Of a DNA stretch of 64,000 bases, positions 10,358 through 18,775 are shown one piece after another. The stretch is from Candidatus Dojkabacteria bacterium (lineage in GTDB: Bacteria > Patescibacteriota > Dojkabacteria > J137): contig JBDTVZ010000001.1 of assembly GCA_040006935.1 (NCBI GenBank), positions 18,218 to 82,217 of the forward strand. The letters run 5' to 3'. The position numbers and the translations under genes were made by a program. The first letter of the stretch is position 1, and every line of letters begins with the position of its first letter. Under the pieces are notes generated by a model, which was not told the origin of the DNA, did not search any database, and saw only the letters and a program-made list of their open reading frames with translations.

Positions 10358-10570
10358 ATGAATCTAAAAAATAAAATTGCCTTAGTTACGGGTTCTACAT
10401 CAGGTATAGGAAAAGCAGTAGCTCAAAAACTTATGAATGAAGGATGTGTTGTCATTGTTTCGTCAAACGAAAATCTTGATGAAACCACAGTGTTAAGTAT
10501 GTTTGAAAATAGTGATTCATCAAGTTACTTTAAATGTGATATTTCTAAGAGAGTTCATTGCAGACTCTAG
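10358..10570 (+). pseudogene. truncated short-chain dehydrogenase/reductase remnant
   Basis: The 70-aa ORF has only the SDR N-terminus (KIALVTGSTSGIGKAVAQKL...CDISK), paralogous to the N-terminus of the intact SDR at 10710. The rest of the fold is missing and the downstream frame (10503..10700) is not SDR-like. Confidence 0.6.
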
Positions 10571-10709
10571 CGTTGTGATGAAACAAGAAATCGAATTTTA
10601 TAGAAAATATTCACCTTCAATTTTTCATGAAAATACTTATAAAAATATAGAATCGGGTTTGAGAATTTATGATGAATTAGAAAAGTCTTTGAGTAGTTAA
10701 TATTATTTT

Positions 10710-11450
10710 ATGGAATTACAAAATAAGGTTGTACTAATAACAGGATCTTCCAGTGGGATTGGAAGGACAACGGCTATTAGATTTGCGAAAGAAGGCTGTA
10801 AAATAGTTATTAATTACCATATGAATAAAGAAGGTGCTGAAGAAGTAGAAAAAGAAATTAAAAAATTAGGAAATGAATGCATAGTGGTTCAAGCAGATGT
10901 ATCTAAACCCGAAGAGGTGAGAAAAATGTTTGATACAGTTACAGAGAAATTTAAAACAGTAGATATTTTAATAAATAATGCAGCAATTCCAAACGATCAA
11001 GTAGACTATTTTGAAGCAACACCTGATGATATTTCTACACTTGTAGCTACAGATTTAATTGCCCCAATGATTTGTTCTCAGCATGCAATTAAATTAATGC
11101 AGAAACAAGGTTACGGAAAAATTCTTAATACAAGTTCTATAAGAGGAGCTGAACATGGAGGAAGATCTGTGGTTTATGCAGCATCAAAAGCAGGACTAAA
11201 TAGTTTTACAAAAACACTTGCTAAAAAAGTAGCTCCCAATATTCAAGTAAACGCTGTTGCTCCAGGATTTGTAAAGACTAGAAATTATGACAAGATGCAA
11301 CCTGAACAACTTCAGAATTTTCTAGATCAAACATATTTAAAAAGATGGGTGACTGAAGATGAGATTGCAGACGCATTTATTTTTCTTGCTAAGAATGATG
11401 CTATGACAGGACAAGTAATTTATGTTGATGCTGGTTTTACTTTGAAATAA
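10710..11450 (+). CDS. SDR family oxidoreductase (FabG-like)
   Basis: LITGSSSGIGR (TGxxxGIG), NNAA, YAASKAGLNSFTK (YxxxK), PGFVKT. Confidence 0.9.
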   Translation: MELQNKVVLITGSSSGIGRTTAIRFAKEGCKIVINYHMNKEGAEEVEKEIKKLGNECIVVQADVSKPEEVRKMFDTVTEKFKTVDILINNAAIPNDQVDYFEATPDDISTLVATDLIAPMICSQHAIKLMQKQGYGKILNTSSIRGAEHGGRSVVYAASKAGLNSFTKTLAKKVAPNIQVNAVAPGFVKTRNYDKMQPEQLQNFLDQTYLKRWVTEDEIADAFIFLAKNDAMTGQVIYVDAGFTLK

Positions 11451-12208
11451 TGTCCAATCCAAACGATACTACTGCACAACTTTACGACATTATTTCTGCT
11501 CCGGTTAAAGGTCCAGATATAACAGATGAAGAAATCGCGTTAATTTCGAGTTTAGTGCTTCCAGGATCAAGTATCCTAGACATTGGAGCTGGAACTGGAA
11601 GGCATTTAGTTCCTTTAGTTGAACTTGGCTACAAAGTTACGGGAATTGATTCTTCGGAGAAAATGCTTAACGAGCTTCGCACTAAATTACGAATTAAGAA
11701 TGACGAATTACAAATAGAATCCCATGTGATTAATGCAAATATTTTAACTGATAACTCAAAACTGGAAACTTATAACTTGGTGATTCTTATGTGGAATGCT
11801 TTTAACGAAATTGCTCTCACTTTAGAGGGTGCACAACATCTCCTCGGAGTTTTGAGCAGAATCACAGCTTCAGGTGGTAAAGTCCTTATAAATTCTGATG
11901 ATCCTGAGCTGGAAGATATGAAAAGTAAAGACTTTGAGCTTAATTATTCTAAAGATAATATTGATTATAAAATGAAATGGAAAGTAATTAGTTACGATGA
12001 GGAAAGTAATACTTCGACTTCGGAAGAAATCGTTTCTTTTATGGATAATGACAAATTAGTAGAGCATAAAACTCAAATTACACAAAGATGGTGGAGTGAA
12101 GATGAATATAGAAAACTTGCAGAACAAAATGGATTTAAATTTGAAAGAATGAAACTGAAGAGAAATAGTGAGATGTATTTGGTGTTGAATAAAGTGTCAA
12201 GTGCTTAG
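11450..12208 (+). CDS. class I SAM-dependent methyltransferase
   Basis: ILDIGAGTGRH motif I. The start overlaps the previous stop (TAATG). Confidence 0.8.
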   Translation: MSNPNDTTAQLYDIISAPVKGPDITDEEIALISSLVLPGSSILDIGAGTGRHLVPLVELGYKVTGIDSSEKMLNELRTKLRIKNDELQIESHVINANILTDNSKLETYNLVILMWNAFNEIALTLEGAQHLLGVLSRITASGGKVLINSDDPELEDMKSKDFELNYSKDNIDYKMKWKVISYDEESNTSTSEEIVSFMDNDKLVEHKTQITQRWWSEDEYRKLAEQNGFKFERMKLKRNSEMYLVLNKVSSA

Positions 12209-12225
12209 TGTGTAGTGAATAGTTA
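12205..12225. repeat. left inverted-repeat arm bracketing the four-helix-bundle ORF
   Basis: TTAGTGTGTAGTGAATAGTTA is the imperfect reverse complement of 12595..12616 (TAACTATTTCACTTAACACTAA). It overlaps the stop codons of the methyltransferase and of the four-helix-bundle gene. Confidence 0.6.
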
Positions 12226-12582
12226 TTTAAGTCTTTTGATTAGTGTAACTATCATTTTAGATATTTCAATCATATCATTTAAAAGTTCTTCGTATTGTTT
12301 CTCATTGAGGTAGTTTATTTTGAAAGAAATCAATGTTTGTGTTTCCAATTCTGAGAGTGAACCTAATGAAATCCTTAAGAAGTTTATGAAATCTTTAGTA
12401 GTTCTTCTGGATCCTTCCGCAATATTTGAAGGAATCGAAACAGAGGATCTTCTTAATTGGTTTGTAATTCCGTAAACTTCTTTTGCAGGAAAATTTTCTG
12501 TATATTGATAAATTTTTACAGATAAATTAATACTTTTTTTCCAAATAGATAAATCTTTATATGAGGATATTTTGTTTTCCAT
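12223..12582 (-). CDS. four-helix-bundle protein (23S rRNA intervening-sequence protein family)
   Basis: YKDLSIWKKSINLSVKIYQYTENFP..E..GITNQLRRSSVSIPSNIAEGS.R.T.KDFINFL.IS.GSL.ELETQ is the hallmark pattern of this family. ATG at 12582 preferred over GTG at 12591. Confidence 0.85.
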   Translation of the reverse strand: MENKISSYKDLSIWKKSINLSVKIYQYTENFPAKEVYGITNQLRRSSVSIPSNIAEGSRRTTKDFINFLRISLGSLSELETQTLISFKINYLNEKQYEELLNDMIEISKMIVTLIKRLK

Positions 12583-12594
12583 ACTATTCACTAT

Positions 12595-12616
12595 TAACTA
12601 TTTCACTTAACACTAA
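12595..12616. repeat. right inverted-repeat arm bracketing the four-helix-bundle ORF
   Basis: See 12205..12225. It overlaps the efp stop codon. Confidence 0.6.
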
Positions 12617-13173
12617 TTCGCTTTTGAGAAGTATTCCCCGTCCTCGGTGTTTACAATAATCTTTTCTCCTTGTTTTATGAATAATGGAACTTTTACAACA
12701 ACACCTGTTTCTAAGGTAGCGTCTTTTTTAGCACCGGTTGCAGTATCGCCTTTTACAGCATCGTAAGTTTCTGTGATTTCTAGAGTGATTTTTGGTGGTA
12801 ATTGAAGGTAAATAACTTCGTCCTCGTAAACTTTTGCAACATATTTAGCATCTCCATGAAGCCAATCAGTTTTCCCTGGAATTAAATCAAGAGAAATACT
12901 TGTTTGTTCGTATGTGTTTGGATCCATAAAAACAGCATTATTTCCATCTACATAAATAAATTGAACATTTTTTGTAGAAACATCAATTTCCTCAACTTTT
13001 ACACCAGAAGTAATGGTTAAGTTAAAAAATTTACCTGTTTTAATACTTTGAAGTCGAACTCTATTAAATCCCGACCCCTTTCCCATTGATGCGAACTCTT
13101 TCTCAACCATAATGTGAGGTTCTCCATTGTGTTTTATAATCATTCCTCGATACAAATCTGATGTCATTGCCAT
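12613..13173 (-). CDS. efp: elongation factor P
   Basis: MAMTSDLYRGMIIKHNGEP...SMGKGSGFNRVRLQSIKTG parallels E. coli EF-P, including the Lys in the GKG loop (K34 equivalent). ATG at 13173 preferred over GTG at 13179. Confidence 0.9.
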   Translation of the reverse strand: MAMTSDLYRGMIIKHNGEPHIMVEKEFASMGKGSGFNRVRLQSIKTGKFFNLTITSGVKVEEIDVSTKNVQFIYVDGNNAVFMDPNTYEQTSISLDLIPGKTDWLHGDAKYVAKVYEDEVIYLQLPPKITLEITETYDAVKGDTATGAKKDATLETGVVVKVPLFIKQGEKIIVNTEDGEYFSKAN

Positions 13174-13257
13174 ATACACGAACTAATAATTACGAGTAAT
13201 AAGAACCTGAATAACTAAGTATAATAGCATAAATGAAGCAAAGTGAGAAGTTAAAAT

Positions 13258-13749
13258 TTACGCTTCTAGGTTTACACTATCACTTAAATCGTACATAATT
13301 TCCAAAATAATATTAATGGCTGTATTTGTTTTTTCATACATATTAGTTCTACCTAAATAAGGAGTTCTTCTATTCTCATACTCAAGAAAATTATCATTAT
13401 CAGATATGGCTAATGAGATTGACCTAAGATGACTTAGAAAAGTATCAAGAATGTATTTCCTTGTTTCACTTGTAAAAGTTAAATTTCCTATCAATTCTAA
13501 AAAGCCCCTTTCTAAATCACAACTAAACATAGTTATAAACCATGGTGTTATAACTGACTTAGTAGTCTGTGTTGGACTTAAATGATCAGGTGGATTAATT
13601 ATTTTACGGCTAGTAAATTCAGCTAAATTTCTTCTATATGGGTCAGTGATTAGGTTAAGAAGCATTTGAGTTCCAACTTCACTTTTACTAATTTTTGGTA
13701 ATTCTGCATAATTTCCATCACATCCTTGTGTAGGTCCATTTATTTCCAT
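13258..13749 (-). CDS. hypothetical protein, tandem paralog C
   Basis: 163 aa. Shares LLNLITDPYRRNLAEFTSRK and VITPWFITMFSCDLERGF blocks with the two upstream ORFs. Confidence 0.6.
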   Translation of the reverse strand: MEINGPTQGCDGNYAELPKISKSEVGTQMLLNLITDPYRRNLAEFTSRKIINPPDHLSPTQTTKSVITPWFITMFSCDLERGFLELIGNLTFTSETRKYILDTFLSHLRSISLAISDNDNFLEYENRRTPYLGRTNMYEKTNTAINIILEIMYDLSDSVNLEA

Positions 13750-13817
13750 ATATTTTAGAAATAAAAAATATTTACTAAATAATAAAAAATATCCAAAAGA
13801 GAGAAATTTATAGCTGC

Positions 13818-14318
13818 TTAATTTAATATATCTCTACAATTATACAATAGGTTAACTAACTCTTCTAAATATTGCTGAATACAATCATACTTATACTCAA
13901 GTAATAAAAAACTATCTAATTTTACATTTCCACTGTGTTTTATATCTTCTATCTCTTTAACATAAATACTTATGGTATCTACTAGGAATATAAATTGTTC
14001 TAATGTTTGCTTATCAGTAAAGTTTTTGAAAACTAAATATCTTTTTTTAAATCCTTCAATTAAATCTGCAGCAAATTCATTTATAAATTCTGGAGTGATT
14101 ACTTGAGTAATATATTTTAAATAAAAGATCTTCTCTGGTTCGCTTTCTTTAGTTACGATTGAGGTAAGGGGTTTTCTTGTAAATATCTCAGCTCCCAGTT
14201 TTCTCTTTGGATCATTTATCAAATTGAAAAAGAGTTCTATTGAAGAGTAAGCATAGAAACTAACTTCACCATATTTCTTAAAATCATCTGCTCCTTTAGG
14301 GAAGAAGTTATATTCCAT
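13818..14318 (-). CDS. hypothetical protein, tandem paralog B
   Basis: 166 aa. FFNLINDPKRKLGAEIFTRK and VITPEFINEFAADLIEGF blocks. Confidence 0.6.
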   Translation of the reverse strand: MEYNFFPKGADDFKKYGEVSFYAYSSIELFFNLINDPKRKLGAEIFTRKPLTSIVTKESEPEKIFYLKYITQVITPEFINEFAADLIEGFKKRYLVFKNFTDKQTLEQFIFLVDTISIYVKEIEDIKHSGNVKLDSFLLLEYKYDCIQQYLEELVNLLYNCRDILN

Positions 14319-14329
14319 GCAATAAATAT

Positions 14330-14800
14330 TTAATCTAACTCGGAACTATATTCTTTAAGTTCAAATAATATGTGTAAAAGAGGATTTATGATTTTATTGT
14401 CAGCTTTTATTATTAAATCCTTATCTTTAGGTAAACTTAAACTTCCTTCTTCAAACCCATCACTTAATAATCTTGCTGATAAAAGAAATTCATTTACTAG
14501 AGATATTTTGTCTTTTTGTTCACCAGGTTGGAGATTTGTTTTTTTTATAAATTCTATAAATCCATTCTCTATATCCTTGCTAAACGCAGCAATAAACCAA
14601 ACTGTAATTTGATTGTGAAATTTGTATGTAGTTGGTCCTTCAGAAAGCGAAACCATTTGACGACTGCTTAATTCTGCTAGACGCCTTCTTTGCTTATCAG
14701 CAATAAGGGCAACTAGCATTCTAGATCCAACATCTGCCTCTGTTAATTCTGGAAACCTTATATCGTCATCATAACCTTGGTAGATTTCTGTTCTGCTCAT
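14330..14800 (-). CDS. hypothetical protein, tandem paralog A
   Basis: 156 aa. LVALIADKQRRRLAELSSRQ and ITVWFIAAFSKDIENGF blocks. Starts 2 nt after the pheS-fusion stop. Confidence 0.6.
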   Translation of the reverse strand: MSRTEIYQGYDDDIRFPELTEADVGSRMLVALIADKQRRRLAELSSRQMVSLSEGPTTYKFHNQITVWFIAAFSKDIENGFIEFIKKTNLQPGEQKDKISLVNEFLLSARLLSDGFEEGSLSLPKDKDLIIKADNKIINPLLHILFELKEYSSELD

Positions 14801-14802
14801 TC

Positions 14803-16602
14803 TTAATTAGGCTTATAAGCTAAGTTGCCTCCAAGCAATGTTCTAATATCTGTAATTTTATATTTTGCCATCGCCCATCTATCCAGCCCCATTCCAAATG
14901 CATAACCTTGCCATTTACTAGGATCTAATCCACCCATCTTCAAAACATTAGGATGAATAATTCCTGCGCCTCCCATTTCAATCCAACCTCTTCCTTTACA
15001 AATTGCGCAACCTTCACCATGACAGTTAAAGCATCTTAAATCTGGTCCAACTCCTGGTTCAACTTCAGGATAGTATTTACATCTGAATCTTATTTCTACA
15101 TCATCTCCTAAGAAAGTTTTAAACATGTAATTAATAATAGCGAATAATTCAGCCATACTAACCTTCTCTTTCACTGCTGTCATTTGGTATTGATGGAATG
15201 TGAAGTGGTTTGTTCTATTAACTTTCTCATTTCTATAAACTCTTCCTGGCATAACAACTTTGAATGGAGGTTTGAAATCTTCTATAACATGCGCCTCGAT
15301 TGAGGATGTTTGGGTTCTCAATAGAATATTGGGTTCTTCTACAAAAATAGAATCTAATAGATCTCTAGCCGGATGATCCATCGGCAAATTTAGCCTTTGG
15401 AAACTATACTCATCTGTTTCTAACTCCGGTCCATCCATTACGCTAAAACCAATACTTCGAAAAATCGCGTTTAAATCCAGTTCTGTTTGAGTTAAAGGAT
15501 GAAGATGACCTACTTTAGCTTTAGAAAAATTTAATTCTGACTGAGGAATACTTAAGTAACCCTTATTATCAGAATTTTGAATATTTTCTTTTGCCCCATT
15601 AATTAATGCATCGATTGAAGCTTTTAGATTATTAATTGACTGGCCAAAATCTTTTCTTTTATCGTTTGGAACATCTTTAATTGTTTTCATTAATTCAGTT
15701 ACAATACCTTCTTTCCCTAAATACTTTCTCCAAAGATTTGTAAGTTCATCTAATGATGCCGCTTTAGCTACTTCATCATTTACTGTACTTATAATTTCTG
15801 TTTCGTTAACGTATTCAGATTCTACATGTGGCTGTATTTCCTTGACTGTTTTCTCACTCATTTCCTGATTTTTATTAATAGAATAGGACACTTTTAAAGT
15901 ATCTCCTTCTTTTATAATTTCTTCAATAGTAATTCCACCAACTTCAGAAGTTTTTTGCACAATAGTTCCACCATCTGCAAATGACCCAACTCCTTCAAGT
16001 TTCAGCATTCGCAAAGGTTTATTAGAAGGAAGATTTGGTTGTAAATATACTGCTTCTTTAGAAAGCTCATCTAATGTAACAAATCCCCAACTAAATTTTA
16101 AATCTGAGTTTATAAGATCATTTGTAGTGTTTTGAATTTTTTCTTTAAGCTCATTTAAATCACCAACATCTTTTAAAATACTGTATAGGATAAATGGCTT
16201 CTTACCATGATCTGCTTTTAAAGGACTAAGGGAATTAGGAACCAAACCTAATTTCACTAAAGAACAATCAATAATATGTCCTGCAGAATGCATTTTCATG
16301 TTTTGGTACCTTCTTTCCCAATTTATTTCTGCATCAACTTCATCTCCTACTTTTAATTGATTTGTTTTTATACTATGCCAAATTTCTCCATCCTTGATTT
16401 GTACTTGGAAAACTTCAACAAAAGATCCATCGCTAAGCATAAATTTACCTTGATCTGTAGGCTGACCGCCTCCCATAGGGTAAAATACAGTCTTGTCTAA
16501 AATTACTCGCGATTGGTTATCACCTTCTGTAAATACTTCCAAAACTTTAGCTTTGGTAGTTTTTATATATGGTTCTAGAAGGTAGATTGTTTCAGTCTTC
16601 AT
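14803..16602 (-). CDS. pheS: phenylalanine--tRNA ligase alpha subunit fused to an N-terminal AlaX-like (Ala/Thr-tRNA editing-type) domain
   Basis: The C-terminal ~340 aa is canonical PheS (MDHPARDLLDSIF, RTQTSSIE, PGRVYRNE, CHGEGCAICKGRGWIEMGGAGIIHPNVL, AFGMGLDRWAM). The N-terminal ~245 aa resembles AlaX (LDKTVFYPMGGGQPTDQG, W.RRYQNMKMHSAGHII). Confidence 0.85.
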   Translation of the reverse strand: MKTETIYLLEPYIKTTKAKVLEVFTEGDNQSRVILDKTVFYPMGGGQPTDQGKFMLSDGSFVEVFQVQIKDGEIWHSIKTNQLKVGDEVDAEINWERRYQNMKMHSAGHIIDCSLVKLGLVPNSLSPLKADHGKKPFILYSILKDVGDLNELKEKIQNTTNDLINSDLKFSWGFVTLDELSKEAVYLQPNLPSNKPLRMLKLEGVGSFADGGTIVQKTSEVGGITIEEIIKEGDTLKVSYSINKNQEMSEKTVKEIQPHVESEYVNETEIISTVNDEVAKAASLDELTNLWRKYLGKEGIVTELMKTIKDVPNDKRKDFGQSINNLKASIDALINGAKENIQNSDNKGYLSIPQSELNFSKAKVGHLHPLTQTELDLNAIFRSIGFSVMDGPELETDEYSFQRLNLPMDHPARDLLDSIFVEEPNILLRTQTSSIEAHVIEDFKPPFKVVMPGRVYRNEKVNRTNHFTFHQYQMTAVKEKVSMAELFAIINYMFKTFLGDDVEIRFRCKYYPEVEPGVGPDLRCFNCHGEGCAICKGRGWIEMGGAGIIHPNVLKMGGLDPSKWQGYAFGMGLDRWAMAKYKITDIRTLLGGNLAYKPN

Positions 16603-16686
16603 TACTGTTAATTAATATATGCAGTATTTTACCAGAGTTATTAAGTTTTTAGTATTTCTTAATAAAACATTTGAAATATTAACTGA

Positions 16687-17433
16687 ATGTTGGTATTATT
16701 TGGCAACATATTATTGAAAACACAAATGACTACTGCTATGCTTATTCCAAGAGAAGAAATTTTAACTCCAAAAGATTATGATATTGCTCTGACTTTGCTT
16801 CCATTAAATTATAAAGGTAGAGACGAAAGTATGAGAGAATTCTCAATTCATACAAGTTCAATAGCAGATAAATTATTTTCAGATGTACTAGACAAAGAAT
16901 CATTAGATATTCTTGTTAAAACTATTAATGATTGGATGTTTAAATCCAGAGATTTAGTTTTAAAAACTGAGGAAGGTTTTTATTCAGGATTACTAAATAG
17001 CAGGCTTTTTGCTTATAGATTAAATAGCATTTTAAGCCCATTATCAGACGGAAATAAGTACAGTAAAGATAGTTTCTCTACAAACTCTATTGAATTATTA
17101 ACTAAAATTTGTTCATTAACTAGACAGGGAGTAGATGAAATTCTATTGAGTGTTCAACCAGATTGCTTTCCATATTTAAACCCTCAAGGGATACCATATA
17201 GCAATGAAGATAAAATGATAGGATCGAATAGAATTATTAATCCAAACTATGACAATAGAAAAAGGAATATCTATATTGAACTAAACCTACTGAAAAATAC
17301 AACTAACAGACTTTTGTTACTTATCGGGAGACTAGGATCTAAAAAAGAACAAGAATACCTTTTGCACCCTCCTGTTGAAGGTTCACTTAATGGAGATTCT
17401 AATATCCTGCATCCAGGAAGTATAGAAGGTTAA
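16687..17433 (+). CDS. hypothetical protein
   Basis: 248-aa ORF with no recognisable family. Its 3' end overlaps the convergent tgt by ~50 nt. Confidence 0.5.
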   Translation: MLVLFGNILLKTQMTTAMLIPREEILTPKDYDIALTLLPLNYKGRDESMREFSIHTSSIADKLFSDVLDKESLDILVKTINDWMFKSRDLVLKTEEGFYSGLLNSRLFAYRLNSILSPLSDGNKYSKDSFSTNSIELLTKICSLTRQGVDEILLSVQPDCFPYLNPQGIPYSNEDKMIGSNRIINPNYDNRKRNIYIELNLLKNTTNRLLLLIGRLGSKKEQEYLLHPPVEGSLNGDSNILHPGSIEG

Positions 17434-18594
17434 GTTATGGATTGTTGCCAGTCTAAATCCAGCGGGCTCATTCATTCTAATTAAATGTCTAATGTAAGCT
17501 CTGGAATAATTAACGCAAGCTTCACACTTACAATTTTCGTCAATTGGCCTTGAATCCTTAGAATAAATTTCTTTTTTAATTCTCAAAACATCATGAGACA
17601 GCTTTTTATAAATTTTTGTTTCTTCACCTTGACCTTCACTTACATACAAATACCCATGCCTAGCATTTCTTGTTGGTAAAACAGTATCAAATAAATTCCA
17701 TCCAACATCAACACAGTAAGCAATGTCCGTAGGTTGGCCAACTCCCATCGCATATTTACACTTCTTGTCCGGAATTAGGTCGGAAACATATTTGAGCATA
17801 TCGTGAAAGAACCCTTCCTCAGATTCTGTTTTCCATGTCACAGGAGTATGAAGAGGAAGTCCTCCAAAATTATAAATATCAAAATCAAGTTCAACTAATT
17901 CTTCAGCACTTTGCTTTCTTAATTCATAATCATTACCACCTTGAATTACACAACCAAGTAGAGGTTGAACCCCTCTCATCCTCCCTTTTATTAAAGGTGA
18001 TGTGTCACGAAGTGACGAAGGGGTTGACAACTCATCGAATTTTTTCTTAGCTCTTTTTGCCCACACTGTATTAATTCTTACACATTCTTTCCTTTCAGCA
18101 AAACTAGCATCACCTAAAATTGGGTCGTCTAAGACAGTCATTAAGTCCGCTCCTAAGTTAAATTGAATTTGCATTGAAGATTCGGGAGTTAGTAAAAATT
18201 GCTGATTAGTTACTGGATCTAAAAAAGAACAACCTGCCTCCGTGATAAAGTTATCAGTCATCAGTTTTGAGTTTTCAGATCGTTGCTTTTTATCTGAAGA
18301 CTGATTACTGATAACTGACCTCTGTCTATTTATTAAACTAAATACTTGCCATCCACCACTATCTGTAAGAATTGGCCTGTCCCAACCAAAAAATTTATGA
18401 ATACCTCCAAATTCTTTTATGAACTCGCTACCTATATTTTGCTCAATGTGCATAGTCGTAGTCACAATTTCTTTAACACCAGCTGTCTCTGCATCTTTAA
18501 AGCTTATAGATTTAATAGATCCATAAGTTGCGTCGGGCATGAAGGCAGGAAGTAGAATGTCTCCGTGTTGTGTTTTTATTAGTTCTTTTACCAT
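17383..18594 (-). CDS. tgt: tRNA-guanine (queuine) transglycosylase with two insertions
   Basis: LPAFMPDATYGS, LTDSGGWQVFSL, GGLPL, AMGVGQPTDI, and Zn site CKCEACVNYSRAYIRHL. ATG at 18594 preferred over TTG at 18618. Confidence 0.85.
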   Translation of the reverse strand: MVKELIKTQHGDILLPAFMPDATYGSIKSISFKDAETAGVKEIVTTTMHIEQNIGSEFIKEFGGIHKFFGWDRPILTDSGGWQVFSLINRQRSVISNQSSDKKQRSENSKLMTDNFITEAGCSFLDPVTNQQFLLTPESSMQIQFNLGADLMTVLDDPILGDASFAERKECVRINTVWAKRAKKKFDELSTPSSLRDTSPLIKGRMRGVQPLLGCVIQGGNDYELRKQSAEELVELDFDIYNFGGLPLHTPVTWKTESEEGFFHDMLKYVSDLIPDKKCKYAMGVGQPTDIAYCVDVGWNLFDTVLPTRNARHGYLYVSEGQGEETKIYKKLSHDVLRIKKEIYSKDSRPIDENCKCEACVNYSRAYIRHLIRMNEPAGFRLATIHNLTFYTSWMQDIRISIK

Positions 18595-18775
18595 ATGTAA
18601 AACTCTAAACAAATTCAAAATACAAATTTCAAAGTTTAAAACATTTGAGAATTGGTTGATTAGATATTATTTAGTTTTTTTGATATTAGAATTTTAAGAT
18701 TAAATAAAGTTATTTGGAAATGATAATTATTTTCTGATAGACTATTCCTCGCACTTAAACTATTTATTACACCAA

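Noticed and set aside
10503-10700. 65-aa ORF following the SDR fragment, considered as the frameshifted continuation of the SDR
   Set aside because: Its sequence has no SDR motifs (no NNAG, no YxxxK). The SDR remnant therefore looks truncated by deletion rather than simply frameshifted.
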